A DNA stretch of 64,000 nt from Fimbriimonadales bacterium (GCA_041744215.1 JBGTLG010000006.1:32001-96000), one strand, 5' to 3'. Positions 10,428-19,912 are shown, counted from the first letter of the stretch. A program made the numbers and translations. The notes: a model not told the origin generated them from the letters alone.

Positions 10428-10985
10428 TTACGGTGTTGGCTCCAGGAAGTCATTGATCGATGGTGCGTACTGCTTGAGCTGATCGACTTCGTCTTTGTAG
10501 GCCGCTAGAGATTCGTCCGTCGTTGTGAGGATTTTCACCGCACTGATTCTGTTCCTCGACCTGGAGATTCCTTCGATAACCCATTTTGCTGCCACAGCAG
10601 GATCAGCTCTGTGTGTGAAGTAGTTCCAATCATCAGATGGATCTGGCACGACGAATGACTCATAGCCTTGCGCGCCAGCTAACTCAAAACCAGCACAGAA
10701 CGCTTCAATAAACGATTCGCGTGTCACAAGTCGCTGCTCGTCATAGATGTTGCAGATAATGAGCTGCTTCACAGGTAGCCGCTTTACTGGGAAGAGGGTA
10801 GCGGATCTAAACGCGAGCGGCGCTGCTGCGGTGATTGCATCGTCAAGCCGGTAATCCGCTTTGTCGCGAATGTACTTCGCCGCTCCTGCTCCCATGAAGC
10901 CCGTATCGTTTGTAAACACGAATATGGCGTCGCCGCTAAGCTGTCGAACCTTCCATGCCGGCATCCGATAGATCTGAAGCCGCAT
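10428..10985 (-). CDS. Degenerate macro-domain-like protein
   Basis: GDAIFVFTNDTGFMGAGAAKYI resembles macro DAIVNAAN..L..GGGVA; likely start ATG 10985 (ORF open to 11048). Confidence 0.55.
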   Translation of the reverse strand: MRLQIYRMPAWKVRQLSGDAIFVFTNDTGFMGAGAAKYIRDKADYRLDDAITAAAPLAFRSATLFPVKRLPVKQLIICNIYDEQRLVTRESFIEAFCAGFELAGAQGYESFVVPDPSDDWNYFTHRADPAVAAKWVIEGISRSRNRISAVKILTTTDESLAAYKDEVDQLKQYAPSINDFLEPTP

Positions 10986-11146
10986 CCGAAAGATGTTGGC
11001 GCGAACCGCAGGGATGATGAAGGGAAGGTGTTCGAGAAGTAACCGCATGGCCGTAGGACCCAGTGTGCATCATTATGCCCTGATGAAGCGAACTGCTTCA
11101 ATCGCGCGTAGGTAGACTGTCCCCATCAGTCGACGCTGGCCAACAC

Positions 11147-11986
11147 GTGGAACCTTTCTGGACGAAATTCGCTGAAGACCCCAACGCGCAGCTGATCCAG
11201 ATCTTCGATGTCCTGCTGGTCGCCTACCTAGCCTACAGGCTGCTCCTATTGGTGAGGGGATCGCGGGCATGGAGAATCTTGATCGGCACCTTCATCTACG
11301 TAGTCGTCTGGCTCGTGAGCGGGGTGCTGGGGCTGAAGACTCTCCATTTCATCCTCGACCGAGCCCTCATTCTTGGCCCCGTCGCTCTCGTCATTTTATT
11401 GCTGCCAGAACTCCGGCAAGCGCTTGAGGGCGTTGGCAAGCTTGGCTTCTTACCCGACTTGGGCGGCGGAAGAGAGCGAACTCGAGCGCGAACCATCGAA
11501 GAGGTCGTCGCCGGAGTCGCTGAGCTGAGCGCGAGCAGCCTGGGAGCGCTGATTGTCATCGAACGCAGTAAGAAGCTTGCAGAAATCGAGAACTCGGGGT
11601 ACTCATTTGACGCGATCGTCTCAGCGCCCACCATCAACCAGGTGTTCTTCAACAAGTCGCCGTTCCATGATGGGGCAGCAATCATCCGAGGCGATCGAAT
11701 TGTCGCGGTAGCTTGCCAACTCCCGCTTACAGAACAGCGATTACCTGGGCACCTTCACTTGCGCCATCGTGCCGCCGTCGGCGTAACCGAACACACCGAC
11801 GCCATCGTGATCGTTGTTTCAGAAGAGAGAGGAACGATCTCGGTGGCCATGGACGGCAGGATACGCGAAGCCCTGGGAGCCGGTGAATTGCGCGATCTGC
11901 TGCGCCAATCTCTCAAGACCTTGACCACTGGCCGACGCCGTATCATCGGCAGCAACAAGAAGAGCGATGAAGAAGTTTCTGTTTAG
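11147..11986 (+). CDS. cdaA: Diadenylate cyclase CdaA (DacA)
   Basis: Three N-terminal TM segments; PFHDGA, LRHRAAVG and VVSEERGTIS DAC motifs. Confidence 0.93.
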   Translation: MEPFWTKFAEDPNAQLIQIFDVLLVAYLAYRLLLLVRGSRAWRILIGTFIYVVVWLVSGVLGLKTLHFILDRALILGPVALVILLLPELRQALEGVGKLGFLPDLGGGRERTRARTIEEVVAGVAELSASSLGALIVIERSKKLAEIENSGYSFDAIVSAPTINQVFFNKSPFHDGAAIIRGDRIVAVACQLPLTEQRLPGHLHLRHRAAVGVTEHTDAIVIVVSEERGTISVAMDGRIREALGAGELRDLLRQSLKTLTTGRRRIIGSNKKSDEEVSV

Positions 11987-12935
11987 CAATATCCCGCAGA
12001 AGATCGTGGCAGTGCTTATCGCGCTGTTACTTTGGCAGATGGTTCTGATCGTCGAAAACCCGGAACGCGGACAGACCTTTCTTGTCCCGATCGAGTACGT
12101 CGATAGACCTTCAGACTTGGTAGTTGTGCAAGAGCCCGAGAACCTGTCCGTCGAGGTCAGATATCTAACGCAGACGCCAGTCCAGGTTTCTCCGACCGAC
12201 ATAACTGTACGAGTTAGCCTGAAGGATGCGCAGCCGGGCAAGAATGAGTATCCAGTCGAGGTTATCGCCGCGGATCGTATCAAAGCGGACGTTCTGCTGG
12301 TTACCATGACCGATGACGTTATCGTCGAAATGGACTTACTGGTTGCGAAAGAGCTTCCCATCCGGACCCAGGACGTCAAGTTCACTTCTTTGAGGGACGG
12401 GTTCAAGTTGTCGGGATTCTCGACGGATCCGCCGAGTGTGAGAATTCGTGGGGCGGAGCGCCACGTAAACGCTGCAGTGCGAGCCCAGATAACTGTCGAT
12501 CTCTCGCGGATGGAGAACGCCGCAGTTTACGAGCGAAAGGTCGAGATTCTCGACGCTGAAGGTAATCCGGTGCCACTGACCCGTGTGGCTGTGGATCCGG
12601 AGACGGTCGAGTTCAGGCCAAATCTGGAAGCCCAACTTTTCCGCGTTCTGCTGATCGCCCCGGTGTTTGAAGGCTCACTCGAGCCTGGCTACCGCATCGA
12701 ATCGTACGAGATGACGCCAAATCAAATCCGAGGACGCGGCGATTCAGCGTTGCTCGCCTCCCTGAGCACGATCGAGACTGAGCCGATCGACTTGACCGGG
12801 TTGCGTGAAGACAGGTCGTTTTCCGTCAAGTACGTGCTCCCGCCTGGAGTCACGCGCGACCCCACCTCTCCAGAAGTAATCCGCGTGCGTGTCCGAGTCG
12901 TGAAGGACGGCTCACAAGTGGACGGAAACGGATGA
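11967..12935 (+). CDS. cdaR: CdaR/YbbR-like regulator
   Basis: Overlaps cdaA; N-terminal TM (KIVAVLIALLLW) followed by YbbR-like repeats. Confidence 0.85.
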   Translation: MKKFLFSNIPQKIVAVLIALLLWQMVLIVENPERGQTFLVPIEYVDRPSDLVVVQEPENLSVEVRYLTQTPVQVSPTDITVRVSLKDAQPGKNEYPVEVIAADRIKADVLLVTMTDDVIVEMDLLVAKELPIRTQDVKFTSLRDGFKLSGFSTDPPSVRIRGAERHVNAAVRAQITVDLSRMENAAVYERKVEILDAEGNPVPLTRVAVDPETVEFRPNLEAQLFRVLLIAPVFEGSLEPGYRIESYEMTPNQIRGRGDSALLASLSTIETEPIDLTGLREDRSFSVKYVLPPGVTRDPTSPEVIRVRVRVVKDGSQVDGNG

Positions 12936-13699
12936 TCGAGATCAGGCCAGTATCCGCCCAGGAGGCGGACGAGTTTCTCCATGTGTTGTGCGAGGTCTTT
13001 GAGTTAGATTTTTCACGAGCCAGATCGATCTTCCAACGAGAGCCCTTCTTTGAGCTGGACCGGAAATGGGCATTGTTCGTGAACGGTCGCATATCGTCTG
13101 TGTTAACTACGGTTCCGATAGAGTTTGGGGATGGTAAGGCGATCGGAATCGCAGGCGTTGCGACATTGCCCGCATTGCGAGGTCAGGGGCTTGCCGGAAG
13201 GCTCCTTGATGAAGTGTTCTGCGTTGCGTGCAAGAACGGTGAGGGCCGTGGGCTGCTTTTCGCGCGCGATGAAGCACTCTACTCACGACACGGATTTCGC
13301 ACCCTTGATCGCGTTATCTTGCAATCGTTGCCGCAAGGGTTTGCCCTTACCGACCGGAAGCTTGTCGGCATCGACGAGGTGAAGCGCCACTACGAAGACT
13401 GGGCGAGCGCCGACCAGCGATCACTTCGAAGAGATGATCGTCGATGGAAGTTCTGGCAATGGAACGCTAAGACGGCATTCGCCATGCCCAACGGATACGT
13501 TTGCGTTGAGTTGGGTCGCGTTCGGGAACTCGTGCCAACCTACAATCCAATTCCGATTTCCGATCCCTTAGAGTTCTACGGCCTTGCGTCGATGGCTGAG
13601 GAGTTAGGCATTCCGGTGTCTAACCCCACCTACGATACGTACCTCATGGGGCGGGAATTCGATTATGTTCCGAAGATGTTTCTGTCGGATCAGTTCTGA
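12932..13699 (+). CDS. GNAT family acetyltransferase (Eis-like N-terminal domain)
   Basis: GIAGVATLPALRGQGLAGRL acetyl-CoA motif, LYSRHGF. Confidence 0.85.
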   Translation: MIEIRPVSAQEADEFLHVLCEVFELDFSRARSIFQREPFFELDRKWALFVNGRISSVLTTVPIEFGDGKAIGIAGVATLPALRGQGLAGRLLDEVFCVACKNGEGRGLLFARDEALYSRHGFRTLDRVILQSLPQGFALTDRKLVGIDEVKRHYEDWASADQRSLRRDDRRWKFWQWNAKTAFAMPNGYVCVELGRVRELVPTYNPIPISDPLEFYGLASMAEELGIPVSNPTYDTYLMGREFDYVPKMFLSDQF

Positions 13700-13735
13700 C
13701 GCGATTTTGGACGGTAACATTCTGGATCTCTCGCT

Positions 13736-16051
13736 GTGTCGTCAGGTTCCCGTCTCGACAATCTCCGCGCGTTGCGAACAGCCAACTTGGACATGGCATT
13801 CGCGACGGCCTTTGGCGCGCTTGTCGCAGGAAACTTTCTTGCTGAATTCACGCGAGAGCTAACGACCGACGACCGAATTCGCGGTTGGATCGGCGCTCTT
13901 CCGGCGATCATCGGGATTCTTCAGATTCCCGGCAGCGTTATCGGCGAACGATACGCAAGCTTCAAGCGATTCGTGTTCTTAGGTGGGTTGCTGTGGAGAC
14001 TGTGGTGGGTCCCTGTGGTGTTCTTGCCCCTGGCTCCTGCGTCGTGGCCGCGACTTGAGATACTCATTTTCTGTATCGCGATGCAGGCGGCCTCCATACA
14101 CTTCATTCAGGCGACATACAACCAGTGGCTGAGCGTCTTGGTGCCGGAATCGCATCGAGGTTGGTACTTTTCACGGCGTCACGCACTTGCTATCCTGGTT
14201 GGTGCGGTTATCGGGTTTCCGGCTTCAGCTTTGATGGATTGGATTCGAGCCGATGGCGACACCAACATAGGCCTCTCCATTATCTTTGGCGTTGGAGTCG
14301 CCTTCGGCCTTGTCAGTCTTCTCTTCTATCTTCGCATGCCGGATACGCGCCGCGAAGAAGTGAAGCGCAAAGGATTCTTGGAAACACTCGCATCTTTCGG
14401 CGAGCCGCTGCGCCAAAAGCCGTTCAGACGGCTCTTGCTGTTTCTGATCGTGTTCGTCATCGGCCAAATCCTTGCAGGTCCTTTCTTCTTTTACTACGGG
14501 CGTGAAGTCTTGGGCCTGAGCTTTATTGACCTGCAGGTTTTTGCCGCCTTCACGGCAGTATCAGCGCTGTTGTCGGCGGGGATGTGGGGATATCTCAGCG
14601 ATAAGTACGGGAACAAACCAGTGCTGTTCGTTGCCGGAATTCTGCTCACATTGGGGCCTTTGGCTTGGGTTTTCGCTGAGCCAAATCGACCCGTTTGGAA
14701 CTACATCGTGCTTTGCATTGGACACATTGCAGCGGGGTTCGCCTGGACCGGTGTCGGTGTTGGACAATTCAATTTCATCCTAGCAGTGGCTCCCAACTCG
14801 ATTCGCGGACCGGCGATCGGCGTCGCGCAAGCGGTGATGGCCGTAGTTTCTGGATTTGCGCCACTTGGTGCTGGTGTTCTTCTACATCAACTCCGAGCCA
14901 TCGTGGGTGAAGTTCCGGCGTACGAATGGCTGTTTAGTATCAACGCAGCAGTCCGATTCTTGTCTGTGTTCCTTCTCTTTGGCATTGTCGACAGTTCGTC
15001 GCGTGGGATTCGGGACTTCTTGCGCCAGGTCGCCGGCGTGCGACCCAAAGGCGTACTCGCGATGAGAAAGTTGACCTCAGCAGGAGATACTGTTGCCAAG
15101 CAAAACGCCATCCGGAAGGTTGCCGAGTCTCGAATGGTTATGGCGGAGAGTGAGATCTCGCGGTTGCTCACGGATCCATCGCCACGAGTTCGTCGTGAGG
15201 CCGCCCTCGCATTGAGACACATTGGCAGTGACGAGGCGCTGCGCGCGCTGATAGTGCTCATCAAGGAGAACCCATCTTTCGTGGAAGATGAGATGATCGA
15301 GACTATCGCGGTGATAGGAGATTCCAGTGCGGTAACGCCATTGATCAAATTGCTGGTGAGTCCGTCATCGTCGATTCGGAGGGCGACCGCGCGTGCGTTG
15401 GGGCGGCTCGCAGCGAACGAAGCGATCGACCCTCTCATCGCTGCCGCTGCACATCCGGAAGACCCGGAGTTGCGCCGCGCGGCAATCCAGGCGCTGCGCA
15501 TCATCGGCGACCCCAAATGCGAAGGAGTTGTAATCACGGCGTTGACCGATCAGTTTCCGTCCGTTCGCGTCGCTGCGGCTGAGGCATGCGCCGAGTTCGA
15601 GTTCGCTGGCGCTGTATCAGTGCTTCGCGACCTCGTCCGAGGCAACCTTGATGACACGTCTGCCGAAGTAGTCTATGCGTTGGCTGCAGCCGGAACGGTG
15701 GAGGACGCTGCAGCCATCCTCGATGCGGCTTCAAAGATGGAGTCCGACGTCGGGCGCAGGCGTGCGCTTCTTGCAGCCGCAAGGTTGTTTGGGGTCGAAG
15801 ACAGCCTTTACCGCCTGCTGATGATGGACCAGGTGAAACGGGACCAGTTTATGATGGAGTTGGTCCGCTCACGCTATGTGAAAGGCCTGAGAACCGCCAT
15901 GTCCCGCTTCCATGCGGGGGACGAGCAGAAGGGTGTCGAGCTCCTGGCGAGTTCCACGGGTGACGCCCGGCTGGCAGTCCTCGCTGAACACACACCCTCC
16001 GAAGGGTTCCTCCTCGCAGCTGCGCTGATCCATTCTCGGCCTAAGGATTAG
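13736..16051 (+). CDS. MFS transporter fused to C-terminal HEAT repeats
   Basis: About 12 hydrophobic segments, WGYLSDKYGNK motif; repeated DPSPRVRREAALAL-type HEAT units. Confidence 0.85.
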   Translation: MSSGSRLDNLRALRTANLDMAFATAFGALVAGNFLAEFTRELTTDDRIRGWIGALPAIIGILQIPGSVIGERYASFKRFVFLGGLLWRLWWVPVVFLPLAPASWPRLEILIFCIAMQAASIHFIQATYNQWLSVLVPESHRGWYFSRRHALAILVGAVIGFPASALMDWIRADGDTNIGLSIIFGVGVAFGLVSLLFYLRMPDTRREEVKRKGFLETLASFGEPLRQKPFRRLLLFLIVFVIGQILAGPFFFYYGREVLGLSFIDLQVFAAFTAVSALLSAGMWGYLSDKYGNKPVLFVAGILLTLGPLAWVFAEPNRPVWNYIVLCIGHIAAGFAWTGVGVGQFNFILAVAPNSIRGPAIGVAQAVMAVVSGFAPLGAGVLLHQLRAIVGEVPAYEWLFSINAAVRFLSVFLLFGIVDSSSRGIRDFLRQVAGVRPKGVLAMRKLTSAGDTVAKQNAIRKVAESRMVMAESEISRLLTDPSPRVRREAALALRHIGSDEALRALIVLIKENPSFVEDEMIETIAVIGDSSAVTPLIKLLVSPSSSIRRATARALGRLAANEAIDPLIAAAAHPEDPELRRAAIQALRIIGDPKCEGVVITALTDQFPSVRVAAAEACAEFEFAGAVSVLRDLVRGNLDDTSAEVVYALAAAGTVEDAAAILDAASKMESDVGRRRALLAAARLFGVEDSLYRLLMMDQVKRDQFMMELVRSRYVKGLRTAMSRFHAGDEQKGVELLASSTGDARLAVLAEHTPSEGFLLAAALIHSRPKD

Positions 16052-16261
16052 GACCTAGCCGCACAATCATTGCTTTGAACTGCATCGTATCTGCCTGCAG
16101 AGGCGTATCCAGAGTACTAGGCGTCGCCTTGACCAGCGAACTGCGTCAAGAGCCTTTGGGGCTACCCCCGGGGGTGCAGGAGCGAGGTTTTGGTGCCGTC
16201 TGAGGTAAAACAACCCGTCTTGGGCTCAAGCCCAGGGCATACACTCAGGAGGTGTATACAA

Positions 16262-16570
16262 GTGAACAAGAAGATCTTTGCACTGCTCGCAAGCGCTGTG
16301 CTCATCGGCTCGGCTTTCATCGTCGGCTGTGGCGAACCCACCGATGATGGTGGTGGCGGAGACACTCCGGCGCCCAGCACGTCTGGCGACGGCCCTGGCG
16401 CTGGCAAGCCCCAGACTCCCGTAACTGACGATGCCGGCACGGCACCCGCAGGAGCCCCTGCAGGTGATGCCCCGGCAACGGCCCCGACCGGCGAAGGTGA
16501 GGCTGAAAAGCCAGCAGCTCCGGGCGGAGCAACACCCACGGCGCCCGGTGGCGCAGCGAGCGGAGACTAA
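16262..16570 (+). CDS. Low-complexity Pro/Ala/Gly-rich lipoprotein
   Basis: AGGAGG then GTG 16262; signal peptide with IVGC lipobox. Confidence 0.75.
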   Translation: MNKKIFALLASAVLIGSAFIVGCGEPTDDGGGGDTPAPSTSGDGPGAGKPQTPVTDDAGTAPAGAPAGDAPATAPTGEGEAEKPAAPGGATPTAPGGAASGD

Positions 16571-16603
16571 TTCCGTCGTTTGCCTCTAACTGAGGCACAG
16601 GCT

Positions 16604-16644
16604 CGAGCGGCGGACCCGACAGGGTTCGCCGCTCGTATTGATTT
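16604..16644 (+). terminator. Strong hairpin, possible terminator or attenuator between the two lipoprotein genes
   Basis: CGAGCGGCGGACCC-GACA-GGGTTCGCCGCTCG followed by TATTGATTT. Confidence 0.5.
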
Positions 16645-16682
16645 GTAGGGGCGCCTTTCGCCCCCTATCCAGGAGGTAAACA

Positions 16683-17084
16683 ATGCTTAAGACTTTCTTC
16701 CCAGCTGTGATCGCCGCTGCTGCCATAGCCATGATTGGCTATGGCTGTAGTAGCAGCGAGACCGCAGATGATGGGCACGGCCCGGCCGACGTCCACTCCA
16801 GCGACGATGGCCACAACCATGGCGCAGACAAGAACCCCGCCGTAGAGCCTGCTCCAGGAGGGGCCGCCAATTCGGCAACCTCAACCGGTCCGGGGACGAC
16901 CGAGCCCGTGGTCTACACGGAGAAAGGGAAGCCGACCTGTGTTGTCATGGCTGGAGTCTCAATGTCCAGCGTCGAAGGCAAGAAGTTCCAGGACCACGAA
17001 GGTGTCCGGTACTACTTCTGCTGCGATGGATGCCCAGAGAAGTTCGCCGCAGACCCGGCAAAGTACGCCAAGAAGCCAGAGTAA
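16683..17084 (+). CDS. YHS-domain lipoprotein with His-rich linker
   Basis: GYGC lipobox, DDGHNHG, CVVM...YYFCCDGCPEKFAADPAKY; AGGAGG RBS. Confidence 0.85.
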   Translation: MLKTFFPAVIAAAAIAMIGYGCSSSETADDGHGPADVHSSDDGHNHGADKNPAVEPAPGGAANSATSTGPGTTEPVVYTEKGKPTCVVMAGVSMSSVEGKKFQDHEGVRYYFCCDGCPEKFAADPAKYAKKPE

Positions 17085-17104
17085 AAGCGCCTCCGGCCAC
17101 ATAA

Positions 17105-17269
17105 ACTGTTGCGCGGCGGATGGGCTAAATCCGCCGCGCTCTCTCCTTTGTCCTGCTCGTGCCTGGCTGCCTGCTTCAGCCTCACCCTGCGAGGGCTGAA
17201 TCGGTAGACACGCACGGGTGGTGAACGTCGGTGCTATCGTAAACTTGGTCGGATGGAAACCGCGACCAC
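17105..17269 (-). ncRNA. Candidate stand-alone structured RNA (possibly 6S-like)
   Basis: Lies between convergent genes; TATAAT at 17279-17274; long imperfect central hairpin; 11-bp GC stem at 3' end. Confidence 0.4.
17111..17139. terminator. Perfect 11-bp hairpin, probable terminator
   Basis: GCGCGGCGGAT-GGGCTAA-ATCCGCCGCGC followed by a pyrimidine run on +. Confidence 0.6.
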
Positions 17270-17319
17270 AGTTATTATACGAGGGTTTTCCACGACTTTT
17301 CCAACGATTTGCACATTTT

Positions 17320-18066
17320 TCATCGTCGGTGGAGAACAGCCCGGAGGCCAGCCACGCACTCCTCGGCGCTCTTCAGAGGCTCAAGCCGCGGGTTATCCAT
17401 CTCTGCAATCGCGATTTGGACACCGCTTCTTTCAGCGGCGGCTCGGATTGCTGACCAGTCCAGAACGCCTCGTCCGATTTCCACATCTTCTCCATCCTCG
17501 GCAAGATCCTTGGCGTGAATGGTTGGAACTCGGCCCGCCAAGGCCTCAATGACTGCCCCAGGGTCATGACCAGCCTTCGCTACCCAGAAAACATCGACCT
17601 GCGCGTCAAGGTTTTGCGCCTCCTCAAAAAGAATCTCCCAGCCACATGCGTTCCCGTCGGTGGCTGCAAACTCGATAGCGTGATTGTGGTAGCCAAGACG
17701 AAGGCCAGCGTCTTGAAACCGCTTCGCGGCGTCGTCCAAGACTCTCGCCGTAGCCCGCCATGCTTCGACGGATGATCGGTGCTCGTCAGCCAACCAGGGG
17801 ACGGTGACAAACTTGCATCCTAACGCTAGGTGGTCTCGAATCGTGTCAGCGGAATCGATTGCCGATTCGAGACCTATGTGTGACCCGATGACTTGAAGTC
17901 CAATGTCATCAAGCTTCTGGCGGAGATCCTCGGCGTTCATCCCGCCGAAGCCAGCCAGCTCGACTTTGTCGCAGCCAAACGCTTTGACGCTTGCGCACGC
18001 TCCCAAGAAGTCCTGAGCAGTCTCCTCGCGAATGGTGTAAAGCTGGAGCGCGATTCCTATGGGCAT
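17320..18066 (-). CDS. Sugar phosphate isomerase/epimerase (xylose-isomerase-like TIM barrel)
   Basis: ALQLYTIR, LGYHNHAIEF, QVDVFW, IHAKD. Confidence 0.9.
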   Translation of the reverse strand: MPIGIALQLYTIREETAQDFLGACASVKAFGCDKVELAGFGGMNAEDLRQKLDDIGLQVIGSHIGLESAIDSADTIRDHLALGCKFVTVPWLADEHRSSVEAWRATARVLDDAAKRFQDAGLRLGYHNHAIEFAATDGNACGWEILFEEAQNLDAQVDVFWVAKAGHDPGAVIEALAGRVPTIHAKDLAEDGEDVEIGRGVLDWSAIRAAAERSGVQIAIAEMDNPRLEPLKSAEECVAGLRAVLHRR

Positions 18067-18123
18067 CCGCAGATTCTGAAACAAAAACGGCCGCCGAGTG
18101 AGCGGCGACCGTTCTCAGTACGG

Positions 18124-18456
18124 TTACTCGTCGTCTGTCGGGGGTGGCGAACCTGCCGGTCGCTGTCCGTCTCGCTGAGGCATCGGGAGGCTACCGGTCA
18201 CGCGAACCCCTAACTCCCTCTTATCAACTTTGAAGAGTCGATTGCCCTGAAGAATGTAAAGAAAGTCGCTGTCGGCAACCATCGTTGCACCGCCCGGGCC
18301 ACCCATTTGCATCGGCGCTTGAAATTGACCCCGAGGCGGCTGTCCCTGCCCGGGTCCTTGGCCGGGCCCCGGTCCCTGAGCGATCGAATAGGTGACGGGT
18401 ACTGAGAGTGCCGCGATCGCGACGCCAGCCGCTCCAATCCACTTGTGCTTGTTCAT
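18124..18456 (-). CDS. Small secreted Gly/Pro/Gln-rich hypothetical protein
   Basis: Signal peptide, AAAGGAG RBS, single beta-blade-like segment FLYILQGNRLFKVDK. Confidence 0.7.
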   Translation of the reverse strand: MNKHKWIGAAGVAIAALSVPVTYSIAQGPGPGQGPGQGQPPRGQFQAPMQMGGPGGATMVADSDFLYILQGNRLFKVDKRELGVRVTGSLPMPQRDGQRPAGSPPPTDDE

Positions 18457-18488
18457 ATCTATTCTCCTTTGAGTGAGATACTCGCTGA

Positions 18489-18513
18489 GACGGAGCAGCA
18501 GTCCACAAGTTCA
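18489..18513 (-). promoter_or_regulatory. Putative ECF sigma promoter (TGAAC-N16-CGTC)
   Basis: TGAACTTGTGGACTGCTGCTCCGTC on minus strand upstream of the 18456 start. Confidence 0.5.
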
Positions 18514-18538
18514 CTGACCAATAGCAATTCACTGCACG

Positions 18539-19912
18539 CTAACCGTGATTCGAGCGCTTGCGGATGAAGGCGAGTGCGGCCTCACGGTCTCCCTGCGGAA
18601 CATCCCCATCGAGTACCGCCTCAGTTAGGAGCTTCTTCCAGCGCGCAACCTCTGGCCCAGGTGCGATTCCCAGTTCTTCCATGATTTCCCGGCCGTTGAG
18701 GGGCGACCCAAGCGGGGCGGTTTCTGTTTTCGTCATCACCTCGTGAAGCTGCCGTCTGATTTCGTCAAACGGAATCGGCTTTGGAATACGTCCGATAGCG
18801 GCCGCGTCCGCTTCACAGAGCTGCAGGAGAGGCTCGGTGAGTCGCCCCATATCGCGCAGCAGTCGCCTGACTGCTGATTTGGAGAACTTCGACGCAGAAC
18901 CGAGCCGCATATGATTGCCAACTAATCTCGCAACCGCTCGACACAGGCGCTTCGGGAAACGGAGCCTTCTCAGCGTCTCTTGCGTCATTTGCGCGCCTAC
19001 CTCCTCATGGCGGAAGAAGCGAACGCGGCCTTGAGGGTCTACGGACCGCGTTCTGGGTTTGCCGATGTCGTGAAACAGCGCGGCCAAGACGACCAGCAGA
19101 CGCTGCTGGTGATCGTCGTATTCAGCGGCAGCTGCCACCTCCACAACGTCGAGCGTGTGGCCCCACACATCCTTCGAGTGATAGTCCCCCTGCTCCACTC
19201 CGACCCCCTCAACCAACTCAGGAGCAATGATGTCAAACAATCCAAGCGACATCAAGTCATGCATGCTCTTGGAAGCAGAGGGATCCACAAGCATCTTGAT
19301 CAACTCGTCGCGCACACGTTCTGCGCTGACGATGCGTAATCGATCCCCCTCCGAGCGAATCGCGTCGGCGAGCCCTGGAGCAAGTTCAAAGTCAAGCCGG
19401 TTCTTGAGCCTGACCGCTCGCAGCATTCTAAGCGGATCGTCGCGAAACGTTAGCCTCGGTTCCAGTGGCGTGCGCAACAGCCGCGCACCCAGGTCATCAA
19501 GTCCTTTATCCAACAGATCGAGAACTTCGCCAGAGTGAATGTTCTTCATTAGAGCGTTGACCGTGAAGTCTCGCCGAAGTGCGTCGTCCAATAGCGTTGC
19601 AGGAGCAACGTTTGGCTTTCTTGTTTCAGGCGAATAGGACTCTTTCCGAGCCGATACGAACTCTACATTGCTGTTGCTGACTCTTATCAGCGCGGTACCG
19701 AATCTTGGGTAGCACACTGGATGCAGGGCGCTGACACCCTGTTCCCACAGCAACTGCACCACGTCAAGCGCGCTCCCTTCGACGACAATGTCAAACTCCT
19801 CAGTTGTCGGCAGGTTGAGCAGAGAGTCGCGTACGGCACCGCCAACGAGATAAAGGCGGCCTTCCCACTCGGTTCCCAGCGTCGCGGTTGCGATGCGTTC
19901 GATCGCGGTCAC
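18539..19912 (-). CDS. cca: CCA tRNA nucleotidyltransferase with HD domain
   Basis: LVGGAVRD, EFD, RRDFTVNA, DDPLRMLRA, VSAERVRDE, LFHDIGKP. Confidence 0.9.
   Translation of the reverse strand: MTAIERIATATLGTEWEGRLYLVGGAVRDSLLNLPTTEEFDIVVEGSALDVVQLLWEQGVSALHPVCYPRFGTALIRVSNSNVEFVSARKESYSPETRKPNVAPATLLDDALRRDFTVNALMKNIHSGEVLDLLDKGLDDLGARLLRTPLEPRLTFRDDPLRMLRAVRLKNRLDFELAPGLADAIRSEGDRLRIVSAERVRDELIKMLVDPSASKSMHDLMSLGLFDIIAPELVEGVGVEQGDYHSKDVWGHTLDVVEVAAAAEYDDHQQRLLVVLAALFHDIGKPRTRSVDPQGRVRFFRHEEVGAQMTQETLRRLRFPKRLCRAVARLVGNHMRLGSASKFSKSAVRRLLRDMGRLTEPLLQLCEADAAAIGRIPKPIPFDEIRRQLHEVMTKTETAPLGSPLNGREIMEELGIAPGPEVARWKKLLTEAVLDGDVPQGDREAALAFIRKRSNHG

Noticed and set aside
17105-17269. Retron msr-msd or SRP RNA identity for the structured RNA
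   Set aside because: No reverse transcriptase nearby, and the SRP domain IV GGAA-loop/AGCAG motif is not present in the expected arrangement.
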